Positions 23,106-35,189 of a stretch of 38,114 nucleotides of DNA are shown in pieces. Position 1 is the first letter of the stretch, and each line of letters opens with the position of its first letter. The translations under genes and the position numbers were made by a program. The stretch covers positions 201,707 to 239,820 of the forward strand of contig MU006117.1 in assembly GCA_010093705.1 (NCBI GenBank). The letters run 5' to 3'. The DNA is from Patellaria atrata CBS 101060. Lineage: Eukaryota. The notes beneath the pieces are model-generated. The model made no database searches. It was not told the origin of the DNA and saw only the letters and a program-made list of their open reading frames with translations.

Positions 23106-25732
23106 CTCTTGAAGAGCAGGATTAACTGTAGACTTGAGTCAACTCGTCGGGTATTAATGTTTCTGCCGAAAGCTTCTTCCATGCGTATATGGAGTAGAGG
23201 TATTGACAGGTGCGCTGAAAACAACTACTGATGATAGGGCAAAGTGACGTAAAGAGTGTCCACTCACCTGAAAGTAAAGGGATTCGAGGGTAATGATGAA
23301 TAGTCTATTGGGTTGTTTCCTGACTAGCGCGAATTGAGATTGTAGGTAGTCTGCTGGATATTGAGGTTTGAGTGGGAAAGCTAATTGTGAGATTGATGTC
23401 GTTTTGAACTTGATATCAAACATAGTAGACGGATTTTATAGCTTCAAGAAATAGAGATCATATCTCAAGTATGGCCTCGAGGCGTCTCAACGTTGCGGAG
23501 TGGAATCCACTCTCTGTGCCCAGCAACTCTCTCATAATACTATGAGAAGTGCATCTCGCCGACGGTCAGAAGTGGGACCTTGACTCCAGAAGAAAGGAGA
23601 AGTCCGATTAGCCATGATGAAATGGATGAGCCCCTTCCACAGAATCACTGCTCTCGTCTCCTCTCACCTTCAAACGTAGCTGTAAACAGACCACATGATT
23701 TTGCCTTGCAATATTATCAGAAATCACATGTATCGCAACAGATGTACACCTAAAAAATAATAATAATAATTAAGGATTCGCCGATGCAGATCAAAAGAGA
23801 GCTGTTAGCCCTGCAATTCGGTAGGTTGTGGTGAAAGTAACTAACATGATACCATATCAGGTAGTGTCAACGAAAGCGTAATAGACGTCCTTTGACCACT
23901 CCTATCAAGGCCGATGATAGAGAATTAGGAGCGGTGAGCAGGCGTAGCTAAGTAATGTTTGAACATGTACCGGGCCGCATGACTTTAAGTGCAGATTGAG
24001 CCTCATTTTACACAACGGTGTTATACTACGAGGGGACACTACTGCGGCGTATAGGGCTGACCATCAGAGAGATTGGGGCTATAGAACCGTTTACGTCAGA
24101 GGATCGTTAATGTTTATATTCACCTCGAATATTAATTAACGATAAGGGGGCGATTCGAACTTGGAGCAGAGTAGGTTTTGGTGCTCGTGGTTGCAACGCA
24201 TCGGTTCGAATGACATACTACTGCACTGTTCTTTAGAATGTACACGTAAGATGTATGAATGCTAACTGATCTCTATTTACGGACTTTATATCCGTATATT
24301 TGAATACTGGTGAAACGATTTTCCAGCGGTCTGGATGCCTGGTGTCCGGTAGAAGAATGACTATCACGATCATACCACAACCGTGATGGATACTAAAATT
24401 CAACGGTTAAGTTGATGATAATAAGCCTTCTTTTCGGAGGACGCCGACGTTAAGGACGAAGTCACAGTTGCCTTGTCGCCTAATAGATATATGAACTAAT
24501 CAAGGCGCCATAAGTTCATGTCCGTTCGTTGATAGTGGTTCTTCTGTGAGGTAAGACGTGAAGAACAACAAGTGCATTTGGGCACACAGTATATGGCCGG
24601 AGAAGGCAAGACTAAGGAAAGGGCGGAATCTCATGCAAGTTTAAAGAGTTGACGTTGACGTGTCAGTAAGAAAAGGTTCTTTAGTTCTAGGAGACCGTCC
24701 CCTTCTAACTGTAAGCTTTCTGCTTTGGCCGGACTCACCGCTTGGAGGCTCTTTGCTGACAATACACGTGATGCTTATACACGCCGGAAAGGTATGTGCG
24801 ATTTCTATGTCCTTTAGGTAAGTGTTCTGAGGAGGTTGTCGTGAGATACAAAGAAGGCACAGCGTTAGGTTGCCGTCGGTGGAAGCACCACGAAACTTTC
24901 GCATAGTCTATCTCCATTGGCCGCGGACTGGGACCTGTTTAGAACTAGTTAACGACTGGTGCAGTACCGTACTGTCCAATGTGACTGCGTTCTTCTTCGT
25001 GGTTAAATATTCTAATGGGTGAGCCAGTGCGAAATATGCATATCAGAGATGTCGATCAAATACACTGTACTGTACAGAATACTTCGTACTTTGATTGTAC
25101 AGCGGAGGCAAGCTAGCGGAAGGTGGAGCTGTTTAGATCACAGAACGTAGCTGCCAGATTCGAACGGGGCAGCAGCTCAGTGATGTGACGAAGTGGGCGT
25201 AGTGACCCCTGATTGCTGGCTTCAACGATATTAATCTGTATCGCAGATTTAAAAACAGGTCGAAATAGAAGAGGTACCTTACACTGTAACACGTTCTTTT
25301 CACTGTAAATATTCGGACCGAAGTCAAAGTATTTGTTTTCTCGCTCGTGGGTACTATCTTGATCTTGCATGTGCTCATGACATAAGAGTTGCTCCTTAGC
25401 GAAAAGGAAAGCTTCCCTAGTGGCTTTCGCCATCCACCCATCCAACCATCGAAACCAGATTGTTGATCGTGCAGCTTGTTCGGTTCGACATCTCTTCACC
25501 TCCTCTTCTCTACTTCCCACATCTACATTTTCACAACTCGAGGCAGGCCTCAAAAAGGTAAAACCATCATCACCTGTTTCGTATGCTGCTCGCCTTTCTA
25601 AACCATTTGCAGGGATACGCGGAGACTTCAGCATCAGGTTCAAGATAAAAGGAAACCTACACTCCATCTCTTCAAAACCAAACTTAGTTTTGACTTCCTA
25701 TTTGGCTCTCAAATCCTTCTTCTACGCCTAGG

Positions 25733-28700
25733 ATGGCGGCAAAATCGAAAGCAAAGAGTAAGAAGGTGGAGGGTAATGGACACGCGAATGGGCATCTAAA
25801 CAACCATTCAAATGGTCACTTGAATGGTAGCGCGAATGGGAAACCACCATCCATGAACGGAACTCTGACTTCAAAACCATCAAAACCATCTCCAGCACGG
25901 ACACAGGCATTTCTTTCAAGGTTTATCAGTAATCTAGCAAGGTAAGTGAATAACACTCCTACTCAACAACTGTGCGCTTGGATTCTAACCATACCATATA
26001 GGTTAGCACTGTGGTATACTATACTAACTGCATTATTTCGATGCCCTTCCTCGATATCGGCCGTCGATGAGAACTCTCCCACACTTTGCAAACCCTACTT
26101 TACCGCTCGATCTTACGTAGCTCCATATGTAGAGCCGTACTACAATACATATCTGGCTCAGCACGTAGGAAAAGCACAACCGTATGTTGATACATTTAAC
26201 CAGCGATTCTATACTCCAGCTGCTTCATTTGCAAAAAAGAACTATAATACATTTGGAGCCCCACGAGTACAGTTAGCTTCCACTTACGCCGAGTCGGAGT
26301 GGGTCGAGTCTGTTAAACCCTATCTTGTGGAATCAGAGGGCAAACTCAGAGCACGATACGATGCAGTTTTAGCCCCGCACGTCAATAAGGTCTCAGAAGC
26401 CCTTGCTCCTCATTACAATGCTGTGGCATCATCGCTCAAACAGCAGTATAATTCGAGACTGTATCCAGCGTATACCTCGAGTTTACCATATGCGCAAAAG
26501 ATATACAATCAAGGACATCATGTCACCGTGAAAATCGTATTTCCCTACATCCGCTGGGCTACTTCCTCTATTCAGGCATTCTTCCTTCGTACAATTTGGC
26601 CACAAGTGCGAATCCTCTACGGCGAAAATGTGGAACCGCAATTAATGAGGATTAGCGAACGCTTGGGTCGTTATAGGGATGGTAAGAAACTGGAGGCAGT
26701 AGTTAGTTCCGTTGAAAGGTGAGCAAACGCAAGTGGTGAAACAACTATATCCACTAACACTCTATCTAGCTCGATGTCAGCGTCCACTACTGATGAGACG
26801 CCATCATCATCATCTCTGTCAACCTCTGTAGCTATTTCAGAGGCCATTCCAAATCCCGAAGCGTCTAAGAAGCCCTCCAGAAAGGATGACCCCGAAGTTC
26901 GTGCTAAGATTGAGACGGATCTCAAACAATGGCAAGAGAAGTTCGCTAAAGCGGCCGATAAAGGCGCTGATGATCTCGAAGAGCGCGTGAAGGAGATTAC
27001 AGCGCGCCAAATCGATAATCAAGCCCACGGTGTCGGTGGAGCTTTGGTAACAAAGTTAGAGCAGACCGCTGATCTATCGATTGCAAAGCTCAAACATATC
27101 ATGATTGATATCCTGAATGACCTACCTGAAAATGCCTCTGAAGAGGACAATGACGTAGCTTACGAGAGGGTTCTTCGAGCTGTTAGATCGGCTGGTGAGA
27201 GCATCAGAGACCAAGCTCAAGCTATCCGATCCTGGAAGGAGAATTATGACAAAGAAAATCAGAAACTTGTCCAGACCGCATCGGACTCAACATTAGATGT
27301 GATTGACAACATCCGAGACTTAGGCTTACAGGAGATTGGAATGCGTTGGGCTTGGATGGAAGGTGTCACGTACAAAGATTGGTCGAAATACCATGCTCTG
27401 AAGAAAACGTTCGATGAGTGGAGAGATGAGGTCCAAGCTGTTGCCCTGGAACATGATGGCTTGCATGCTGCTCAAGAAGAGGGTGCAAAGATCGAAGAGC
27501 AAGGCATGACTATTGCGGAATCTGCGGCCAAAGAGCTTACAAGACTAAAAGGTGTGGCACAATGGAAAATCGAAGCTAAGGACTCAACCGACGATTTCAC
27601 TTCCAAGAATATTCCAGCAGCTGCGGCTAAAGCAGGCCAGAAAATCAAGGAGAAAATCAGCGAAGCAAGCTCCTCTGTCATCGGCACCTCCACGGGGTCT
27701 GTCGAGAGCGCAGCTTCTAAAGTTTCTGAATCACTTATCGGTAGCGAGCCCGGTGTTGTCGAACAAGCAACTCAAAAAGCATCACAGGCTGTTGTTGGCT
27801 CACAGGTCAGTTCAGATAGTCTATCTTCTGCTGCAAGTGAGAAAGCTAGCAGTGTAGTATCGGCAGCTAAGCACAAGAAGGACGAGCCCAGTAAGGCTGT
27901 CTTGGGAACTCCGAAGCTGGTACACGAGTCTGTGATGTCTGAGGCATCCTCTAGCATCAAAAGTGCTGCATTCGCTGTTTCAGGGGGTATTGACAATGCA
28001 GCGTCTGAAAAGCCGCCCAAGAAAGTTTGGGGAGGTGCTATGGCTCAGAGAATCGTCGAGGAAAGGAAGATTATCTACGACGATGTTATCGAAGACGATG
28101 ATAGGAGCTATTCGGAGATCATTCAAAGTATGGTCGGAGAGGCGGGTGAAAAGGCTTCAGAGCTCACTCAAGTCATTGCCGACGTTCTCTCTAAGCCAAC
28201 AAAAACTCAAGGGAGCGTTGAGGCTGCAACCTCGATCGCAAACGAGCAATATGAGAGAGCACTCTCTGCCGCATCAATCATTCTTTATGGTACACAGCAG
28301 GGTACTGCGGAGAGTTTGGCCAGTGCGGCCTCTGATAGATATGCTCAAGCCGTGACTGCGTAAGTTTAGACAGAAGATTCTTCCCCGAAGTCAACGTTTT
28401 TGCTTACACTCCTCTAGCGCTTCTTATGCAATTTATGGTAGTCCGACGCCAATGGCAGCATCATTGGCCGCCGAAGCTCAGTCCAGCTACGAAGCCGCTA
28501 TCAGTATCGCTCAACAGCAGTACTCTATTGCCAAGTCTCGAGCCTCACAGCAAATATCGGGGACACCTAAGCCCATCCATGAACAGATGTTGTCATCAAT
28601 TGAGAAGGCATATTCTGGTTCACTTGAAGCTGCTAGTCAAAGGTTGCAAGATGCTTTGCAGTATACTAATACAGTAAAGAACTACGTTGCTCCTACACAG

Positions 28701-30360
28701 GGTGTACTCGAGTCCATCTCCTCCGTTGCTAGTTCCAGATTAGCTGAAGGCCTTAGCCAAGCATCTGCACAGTGAGTCAAAACTCTTATACTTCTTTATA
28801 TTTCCGTAGAACTAACACTATGAAAGATACACCAGTGCTAAAATCGCTGTTGGAGTGCAACCAACTCCAGCTGGCCAACGATACATGGCTGAAGCGGAAA
28901 GGCAATACTACCAAGCGATCGGTCTTGCACATGCTCGATATTCTGAGTTTGTTGAAGCCGCTTCATCAGCTGTTTACGGTACCCCAACGCCAGCTTACCA
29001 GAGCATCATCAATCAAGCTTCTAGCTCGATCATTGGCACACCCAGGCCCGCTTACAAGAGTTACATTGCCGTTGCACAGAACCAATATGCTGCTGCTATA
29101 GAAGCTGCCTCGGTGAACATGCAAGCCGTTTTAGATTCCGCCAAGTCAGTTGCCGGATCTACCAGCAAGTCTCCTGCTCAAAGCGTATTGGATGCTGCTT
29201 CTTCTCAATATGATGCCGCTGTGGCTGCTGCGGCCGCTAAGCTCTCCGCTGCTTCCGAACACGCGAGCACGGCACTATACGGAGCTCCAACAGGGTCCGT
29301 GGAGTCTATTGCGTCGGTCATTTCCGAGAAAGCTGAATCAGTAGCCTCAGTCGCAAGTGGGAGTGTCGTCGGAACGGAAACACCCTGGACCGAGTCAATC
29401 GCTTCTCAAGCCTCCCAAAACTGGGACAGTCTCATTTCAAGGGCAAGTGAACAGATCTACGGCAAACCCACACCTTGGAGTGACTCCCTGTACTCCCAAG
29501 CTGGCGCATACGGTTCTCAGGCTACGGACGCGGCAGCATCCCAATATTCCGCGGTGCAAGCTCTGATCTCCGACCTTGTCATCGGTAGAGAGCCGGATTT
29601 CACCGAGAGCGTTATGGGCCGTCTGAGCTCAGCATTTTACACTGGCGCTCCCAATATCGCCTCTTCAGCATCATCTTACGCTAGCGACGCTTACGCCTCC
29701 GCGTCCTCCGTCGTCTCAACCATCTTTACTCCTCCTCCGACACTCGAAGCCATCTATCAGTCCGCAACCGACCAACTCAACTCCGCCGTTGATGCTGCCA
29801 GCGTACAGATCTACGGTACTGAGAAAGGCACCATCGAAAAAGCCACCGAAGCAGCTGCTAGCGCATACAGTTCCGCAGCCTCCCAAGCCAGCGAAAAGAT
29901 CTACGGCACTCAACCAAACTATGTTGAAACGGCACAGAATTCCATCGCGGACGCATTGTCTTCCGCGCAAAACGCAATCTCAGTCGCCTTCTATGGTACC
30001 CCGACCAGCACCATCGAAGCAGCTACTAGCGGCGCCTCGAGCGTGTATTCATCCATCTCATCTGTCGCAAGCGAGAATGCGGATGCGGCAGCAAGCGCGG
30101 TAGCGGATTCGTATAATGCTGCTGCGAGTGCAGTTAGTAACGCTATATATGGGCCTGAGCAGGGTGCTTTGGAGAGTGCAACGAGTAGGCTTTCTGCAGC
30201 GGTTGAGAGTGCCAGGGCGAGGTTGGCCGAATATGCCGGTACTGCTTCTGGCGCAGCAGCGGAAAATGTGGCCAGTTTGCGGGGCCAGGCCGAGGAGATG
30301 GCGAGTTCTATCTCTTCGGCGGCGAGTAGTGTGACGGCGAGGGTGAGGGATGAGTTGTAG
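25733..30360 (+). CDS. Large Ala/Ser-rich She10/Osw7-like protein (often auto-annotated 'transcription factor HoxA13'), ~1467 aa, 5 exons
   Basis: Exons 25733-25941, 26002-26718, 26770-28359, 28418-28771 and 28827-30360. All four introns are GT-AG and phase-consistent (4404 nt total). N-terminal hydrophobic segment RLALWYTILTALFRCP, conserved blocks LYGENVEPQLMRISERLGRY and DLGLQEIGMRWAWMEGVTYKDWSKYHAL, C-terminal RDEL. The gene model is solid; the family name is from recall. Confidence 0.88.
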
Positions 30361-31130
30361 ATGACCAAACCGGAACATAGTGGGCGAGATACGTAGTGGT
30401 GCAGAAACTGAGGAGAGGGTGGAGCGTGAGAGGTAATGATGGGACGATGGTTTTGATGGACTCGAATTTGCGAATCGGGATATGTTATTGATTGATGACC
30501 AGTCACGCCACAGGATTATGTGTTTCGAAATATGCGCTACACCCCTCCCCCCTTTTTTTTTCACCCCTTTCTCTTTACAGACCATGTTTCGTTTCTACTT
30601 TTTTTTTTCTTGTTGTTAGGTTGGCTGGTTTTTATATATCCGACTGTATCATTATGGAGGATTTTGCGCTTTTTGAGGATGGGGAGGTCGTAGATAGTAA
30701 GCTTACTTTATGAATCTTTTGTTTATTTTGACTATGGTTGGATTTGATATCAAACCCCCATTTCTTACCTTTGTCTTTGAATTTTTAGATCAATCCCCTC
30801 CCCGTATCTTCTCTCCCTAACCAAAAGCAAAAGTAAAGGTAAGGGCAAAAGCTACACCCCATCCCAAACGTGCGAGCCGATGGGCTGCTACCCACCAGAC
30901 GTAACCTCTCCGCCACCGTATCTCTTTGCGGCTAAGTCCGCTATTATGCGTGTCTATGGGGTTATGGTTTGGAGCTTATAGCTTATAGCTATAGGAGAGC
31001 ACAACGTAACAAAGCTCGACACAACATCCACCTCCAACCTAAACCTAGCACTCTCAAAAAAAAACCCCCCCATTACCCCAGGAAGCAAAAGTGAAAACCT
31101 TTTTCTTTAATTAAAAAGATTATACATTAA

Positions 31131-31249
31131 ACATACAGCAGTGCGCATTCGCTGATGGTCACCCACTCAACTACTACTGCACCGATATAAGGCTTGAGTA
31201 TGGCAGAGCGGACGGGATGCCCTATTTTCCTTTTTCTATGGCCGTATGT
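31131..31249 (-). rRNA. 5S rRNA: Dispersed 5S rRNA gene (119 nt), divergent isotype
   Basis: Minus strand reads ACATACGGCCATAGAAAAAGGAAAATAGGGCATCCCGTCCGCTCTGCCATACTCAAGCCTTATATCGGTGCAGTAGTAGTTGAGTGGGTGACCATCAGCGAATGCGCACTGCTGTATGT. It has the fungal 5S hallmarks CCCGTCCGCTC, TAGTAGTT and GGGTGACCA..GCGAA and a fully paired helix I. A TTATAAG element lies at about -25 to -30 and a T5 run at 31117-31113. Confidence 0.92.
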
Positions 31250-31904
31250 GGTGATCAATTAGTTGATAAAAGCTTATAACTTTGATATCTAACTTCCGTC
31301 TCTCCAACTTGTTCATCTTAGTAGTCTATTCACAACTTGGCCATCCAAGAATGATGCACTGGGCTGAGAACTTCCCTTCCTAGTCATGTGTATATTTGTT
31401 CCCGGAGTGGTTAGGTCATATTCAAAAGAGCTAGTGATAGTTCTAAGGGGATAGTATTTGCTTAGAATATTTCAGGAGTTAAACAGGAGAGTGATCTGTA
31501 TAATTATAATATCCACTTTAACAAATTTCGGCAGTGAACCGGATTATATATTTTATAGGAGGTCACTGATAGGCTGATATTGTGAGAGAAAGTAGCTGTT
31601 ATAGAGTGTATAGATATAATTATATAACTTCTATTAGTATGTATCTACTAATATCATCTCCTTCCCTGCCCTAACCCTACCCGTATACAACCAGTGATGG
31701 TCGTGGATTGGATCTAGACTGGATCGACCCCTGATCTAGATCCAGTCCAGGTCTTGACCTCTAATCTAATCCAAATCCAGTTTAAATCCATCAAATCCAT
31801 GATATTTTGTATGGAGAATCCGTTCCGGTAGAGTCTGAGGCATAAGTGGGACTTGTAGAGGTGGTATATTGAAGGATTATAGTGTTATAGGTGGTCGGAT
31901 AGCA

Positions 31905-34556
31905 CTAGTAGAGCTCCTCTAAGGTGTAGTTGATATCCGTTTCGGCTTCACTGCCGTTGCCGTCGCCTTGTTCGTCAATAGATTGCCTAAAGATCTCTTA
32001 ACAGTATCTTCCATATAATATATTGTATTGTCTCCGTTATTTTTGCCCTGGTCAGCCTCGTCGTTCAAGGGTGACCCAAATCAACTTCGTAAGCACTCAG
32101 ATGCTTCAATTATATCCGCCTGAATACGATTCCGGGCGTCAGAGATGAGGTGTTTTGCTGAACTAAATATTCGCTCGCACTCGTCTGATATACACGGAAG
32201 GGCAACCATATCTTAACCCATCCGGGCCAGATCCGGTTGGCTGTTGTAGCGCTTGTTCCAGTACATCAGACTATCAGTTTCGCATATATTATGGGCTGAG
32301 TATTCGTCGAAGAAGTCGATGGCTTGTGATAATCGATTGCGGATAGCCTGATGGGCTTTTAGGCCACCAAACTGGTCACCGGGCCTGTATAGGTGGGGAG
32401 GTAGAGGAGGGACTGTAATCTAGCTGTAGCGATCCTTATATTCGTTATTACACAGCTGTCGGACTTTACCTTGAATGCCCGTATGTCCAACTATTGATAG
32501 ATCACCCCTAAGCCAGTGTTGCTTTTCGATATGGCCATCCATCTTATCGCTGAACCATGACCATTTCAGCCTAGGCTTTTGAAACCGAGCAGCGTAGTAT
32601 ACCGGATTAGAATCAGCCATACAGTAGTTCTTTTCGCATTTCTCCTAAGCAGCCTGACAAAGCCGCTTAGAGATGGATATACTCTTCGTTTTCCGGATAC
32701 TCGTCTACTATCTCTTGAAAGTAGAGCTTAGTATCGTCAAGGTGATTAAGTAGGTAGTCAAGCGTTAAGAACCAGTTTGAAATCGATGACTTATTGCCCT
32801 CGTTAAGTATTATAGCCTCATAAAACACCTGAAGTATCATATGAATCCGTTCTAGGGTCTCCCAATGCCGCCTACTTAGGCGATCTTTTTCAAACACCGT
32901 CACCACGCCTAGGCTCATGGTTTAACATAAACCGATTTATACGCTCTCGGCAGTTCAGGGCACGGCCAATCGAAACGAAATAAGAGTTCCATCTTGTTGC
33001 GTTGGTCTGGATAAGCTAAGGTATAAAATGATATTAGTAAAGTTAAGGGAATCGCCCACCTCTTAGCATTTTTTGGGATTTTTGAACTTGATGATTTTAA
33101 CTTACCTCGAGATCGTCGTATTTTTTCAACTCACCACACATTTTAATCTCTTTAAACTCCTGACGACGCTGAAGTGTTAGGCGAATATAGCGGACGATGT
33201 TATGGAGCCTTCTAACCGCTCCATGGCGTCGCCAGATGGCGTTGTCGCTGTCCAAATCTTGTTGCGGATAAGTTAAGTTTAGAGTCTCCAAAGTTTCGTC
33301 GTAAGCTTTGCCTAGTAAGAATGCCTGAGCATAGAGATTAATGATATGACCTAGGTAACGTAGCCGGCGCCTCTCTAGCTGGCCTCGTCATCGCTGGGTA
33401 GAGAGTCTATAGAACAAAATCGAAATAGGTATCGTTCGATTTAGCGTTATCAAGAACGAAATATTCAATATTCTTTCCTATCTTGTAATCTCGAAAGACG
33501 TCAAGCATAGGCTAGGCCTGATTCTCACCAGAATGTTCGCCATCAAGCTTCCGAAGAGCTAGTATTCTAGTTCGACGGAGGGCCTTCTCGTTAATATAAT
33601 GGCTAACTACTGCGATCATCACGTAATAGTTCGGTGACGTCCAAAGGTCGAAGGAGATATGGATATTTGAGCGTGCTACTCGAAGTTCACGCCTTAGAAT
33701 CCGTCGTCAGATAATAAATCCATCTATTATCCATTTCCTTAAGGTCCTCCGCTTTAGTATAGTAAAAGATACACTATTACTAAGGTAAGTAAGGAGCTTA
33801 ATAAAATACGGATTCTTAATTTGATGAAATGTAGTATGGCAATAAACGAACCACTTCACTAATAGTAACCCAAAAGTATCTAACACAAATATTTTAACTA
33901 TCCTCGCATACGACGGCGACGGCGACGGCAACGGCGACTTGCTTGCCTTAAGGGTGGTATCCTTAATAGCATTACCGTTACTATCTATTCGATGGACACG
34001 TTCGAAGTGCTTGAGTATAGGTGTTCGTCCGTTTTGAGTACGTACTAACACTCAGCTATCCCGGGGTGATCGGATGATAAAGATATAACGTATAATAGAA
34101 ATACGACTTCTTATTAACCTCGCTAAAAATCTCGTAGCCTTTTAACCATATATGCGACGTCCTCTTCCTCTTCCGATCTACTATTATAGCCCCCCGGCCC
34201 TTTATATACCGCTTGCTATGGATCTATATTCGTTCCGTGGGGGAGGGGGAGTGAGGAATCTCGTCGGAGGACTCTGAGGACTCGATATATTTAGGAAATT
34301 AATGGGAAGATTTGCCACCGCTCTTAGTATCACTAGCCGGACCTTCCTCCGGCTCTCTAGTCGAAGATTCGGCTATAGCCTAAGTATGGTGAGTCTTCGA
34401 ATCCTTCTAACAACGAGTTCTTTTGGTAGGCCGAGGAGCTTCTATATTATCCTTTTAAGTCTCTCTAAACTTCTTGTTACAACGGGAGTCTATACTTATC
34501 GAGACAGAACAGGATAAGTCTAGAAACGCGCCTGGCTTCTCACTTAACGTGGTCAT
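31905..34556 (-). pseudogene. hAT transposase pseudogene (ends approximate)
   Basis: BED-finger remnant KRTSHIWLKG, then ISFDLWTSPN, GEHSGEN, VLDNAKSND, RYLGHIINL, NATRWNS and the dimerisation domain YWNKR...PDLARMG*DMVALPCISDECERIFSSA...NRIQADIIEASECL. Many TAA/TAG stops, frame disruptions and Cys>Tyr changes. Intron at 33105-33016. Confidence 0.85.
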
Positions 34557-35189
34557 CCACTAGGGTAGTTTCCGCAAGTGATAGGATTCGTATAACAAAG
34601 GCACCTCAAGTTGACGATACAACTTGCTGACTCCTTGACTTCAGGTAATGCTCACAATGAGACAAGACGTACTGTATGGAAACAGCGTGACAAGTGAAGT
34701 CAAGTCCAAAACCGTAACATCCAAATCTATGGGTAAGATTGATGGTAAGAATAACTACGAAGAATCTAAATACATGAGGGAAAGACCGTCTTTAAATATT
34801 CCGTCCTTCATAGTTCAATTTGGTGGTGATCGCCCTGCTCACTCTGCTCGCTCTTGAGAACGTCGAGCACGTCGAGCGCCTCGATCAGTGTCACGTGACC
34901 CTCTCCCGTGATGGTTATTCCGTTCCGACACGTCTCGCGTTACCGTCCCACTGGTAATGCCGTTCTCTCGTCCTATGGCCGTAACACTTCTTCGATAGCG
35001 CGGCAGTCCGGGCAGACGAACAAGTAGTAACAAAGCGGTCTATATCAATTGGAGATGAGAATACAATAGATTTGGGAGTTTTAAAGATTTTGTTTAGGAG
35101 ATTTACAGTCAAAACTCGAGCAGAGAGCACTATCTAGCTGATACTCTAGCCTACTCACCCTTATTACATTACCTAAAATAACGTAAAGC

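Noticed and set aside
24145..24230. B-box-like GATTCGAAC and GGTTCGAATG, possible tRNA
   Set aside because: No acceptor, D or T stems could be folded around either motif.
25113..25731. 184-aa minus ORF and 103-aa plus ORF just upstream of the She10-like gene
   Set aside because: They fall in its promoter/5' UTR and have no domain features.
29716..30585. Antisense ORFs over the She10-like 3' exon, and similar ones over the kinase, SSK1 and MFS genes
   Set aside because: Shadow ORFs caused by codon bias of the sense-strand genes.
31669..31682. CCCTAACCCTAC telomere-like motif
   Set aside because: Fewer than two perfect units; not an interstitial telomere array.
16000..31700. Starship giant transposon hypothesis (accessory cargo; some Starships target 5S genes)
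   Set aside because: No DUF3435 tyrosine-recombinase captain is visible, the 5S gene is uninterrupted and no boundary direct repeats were found.
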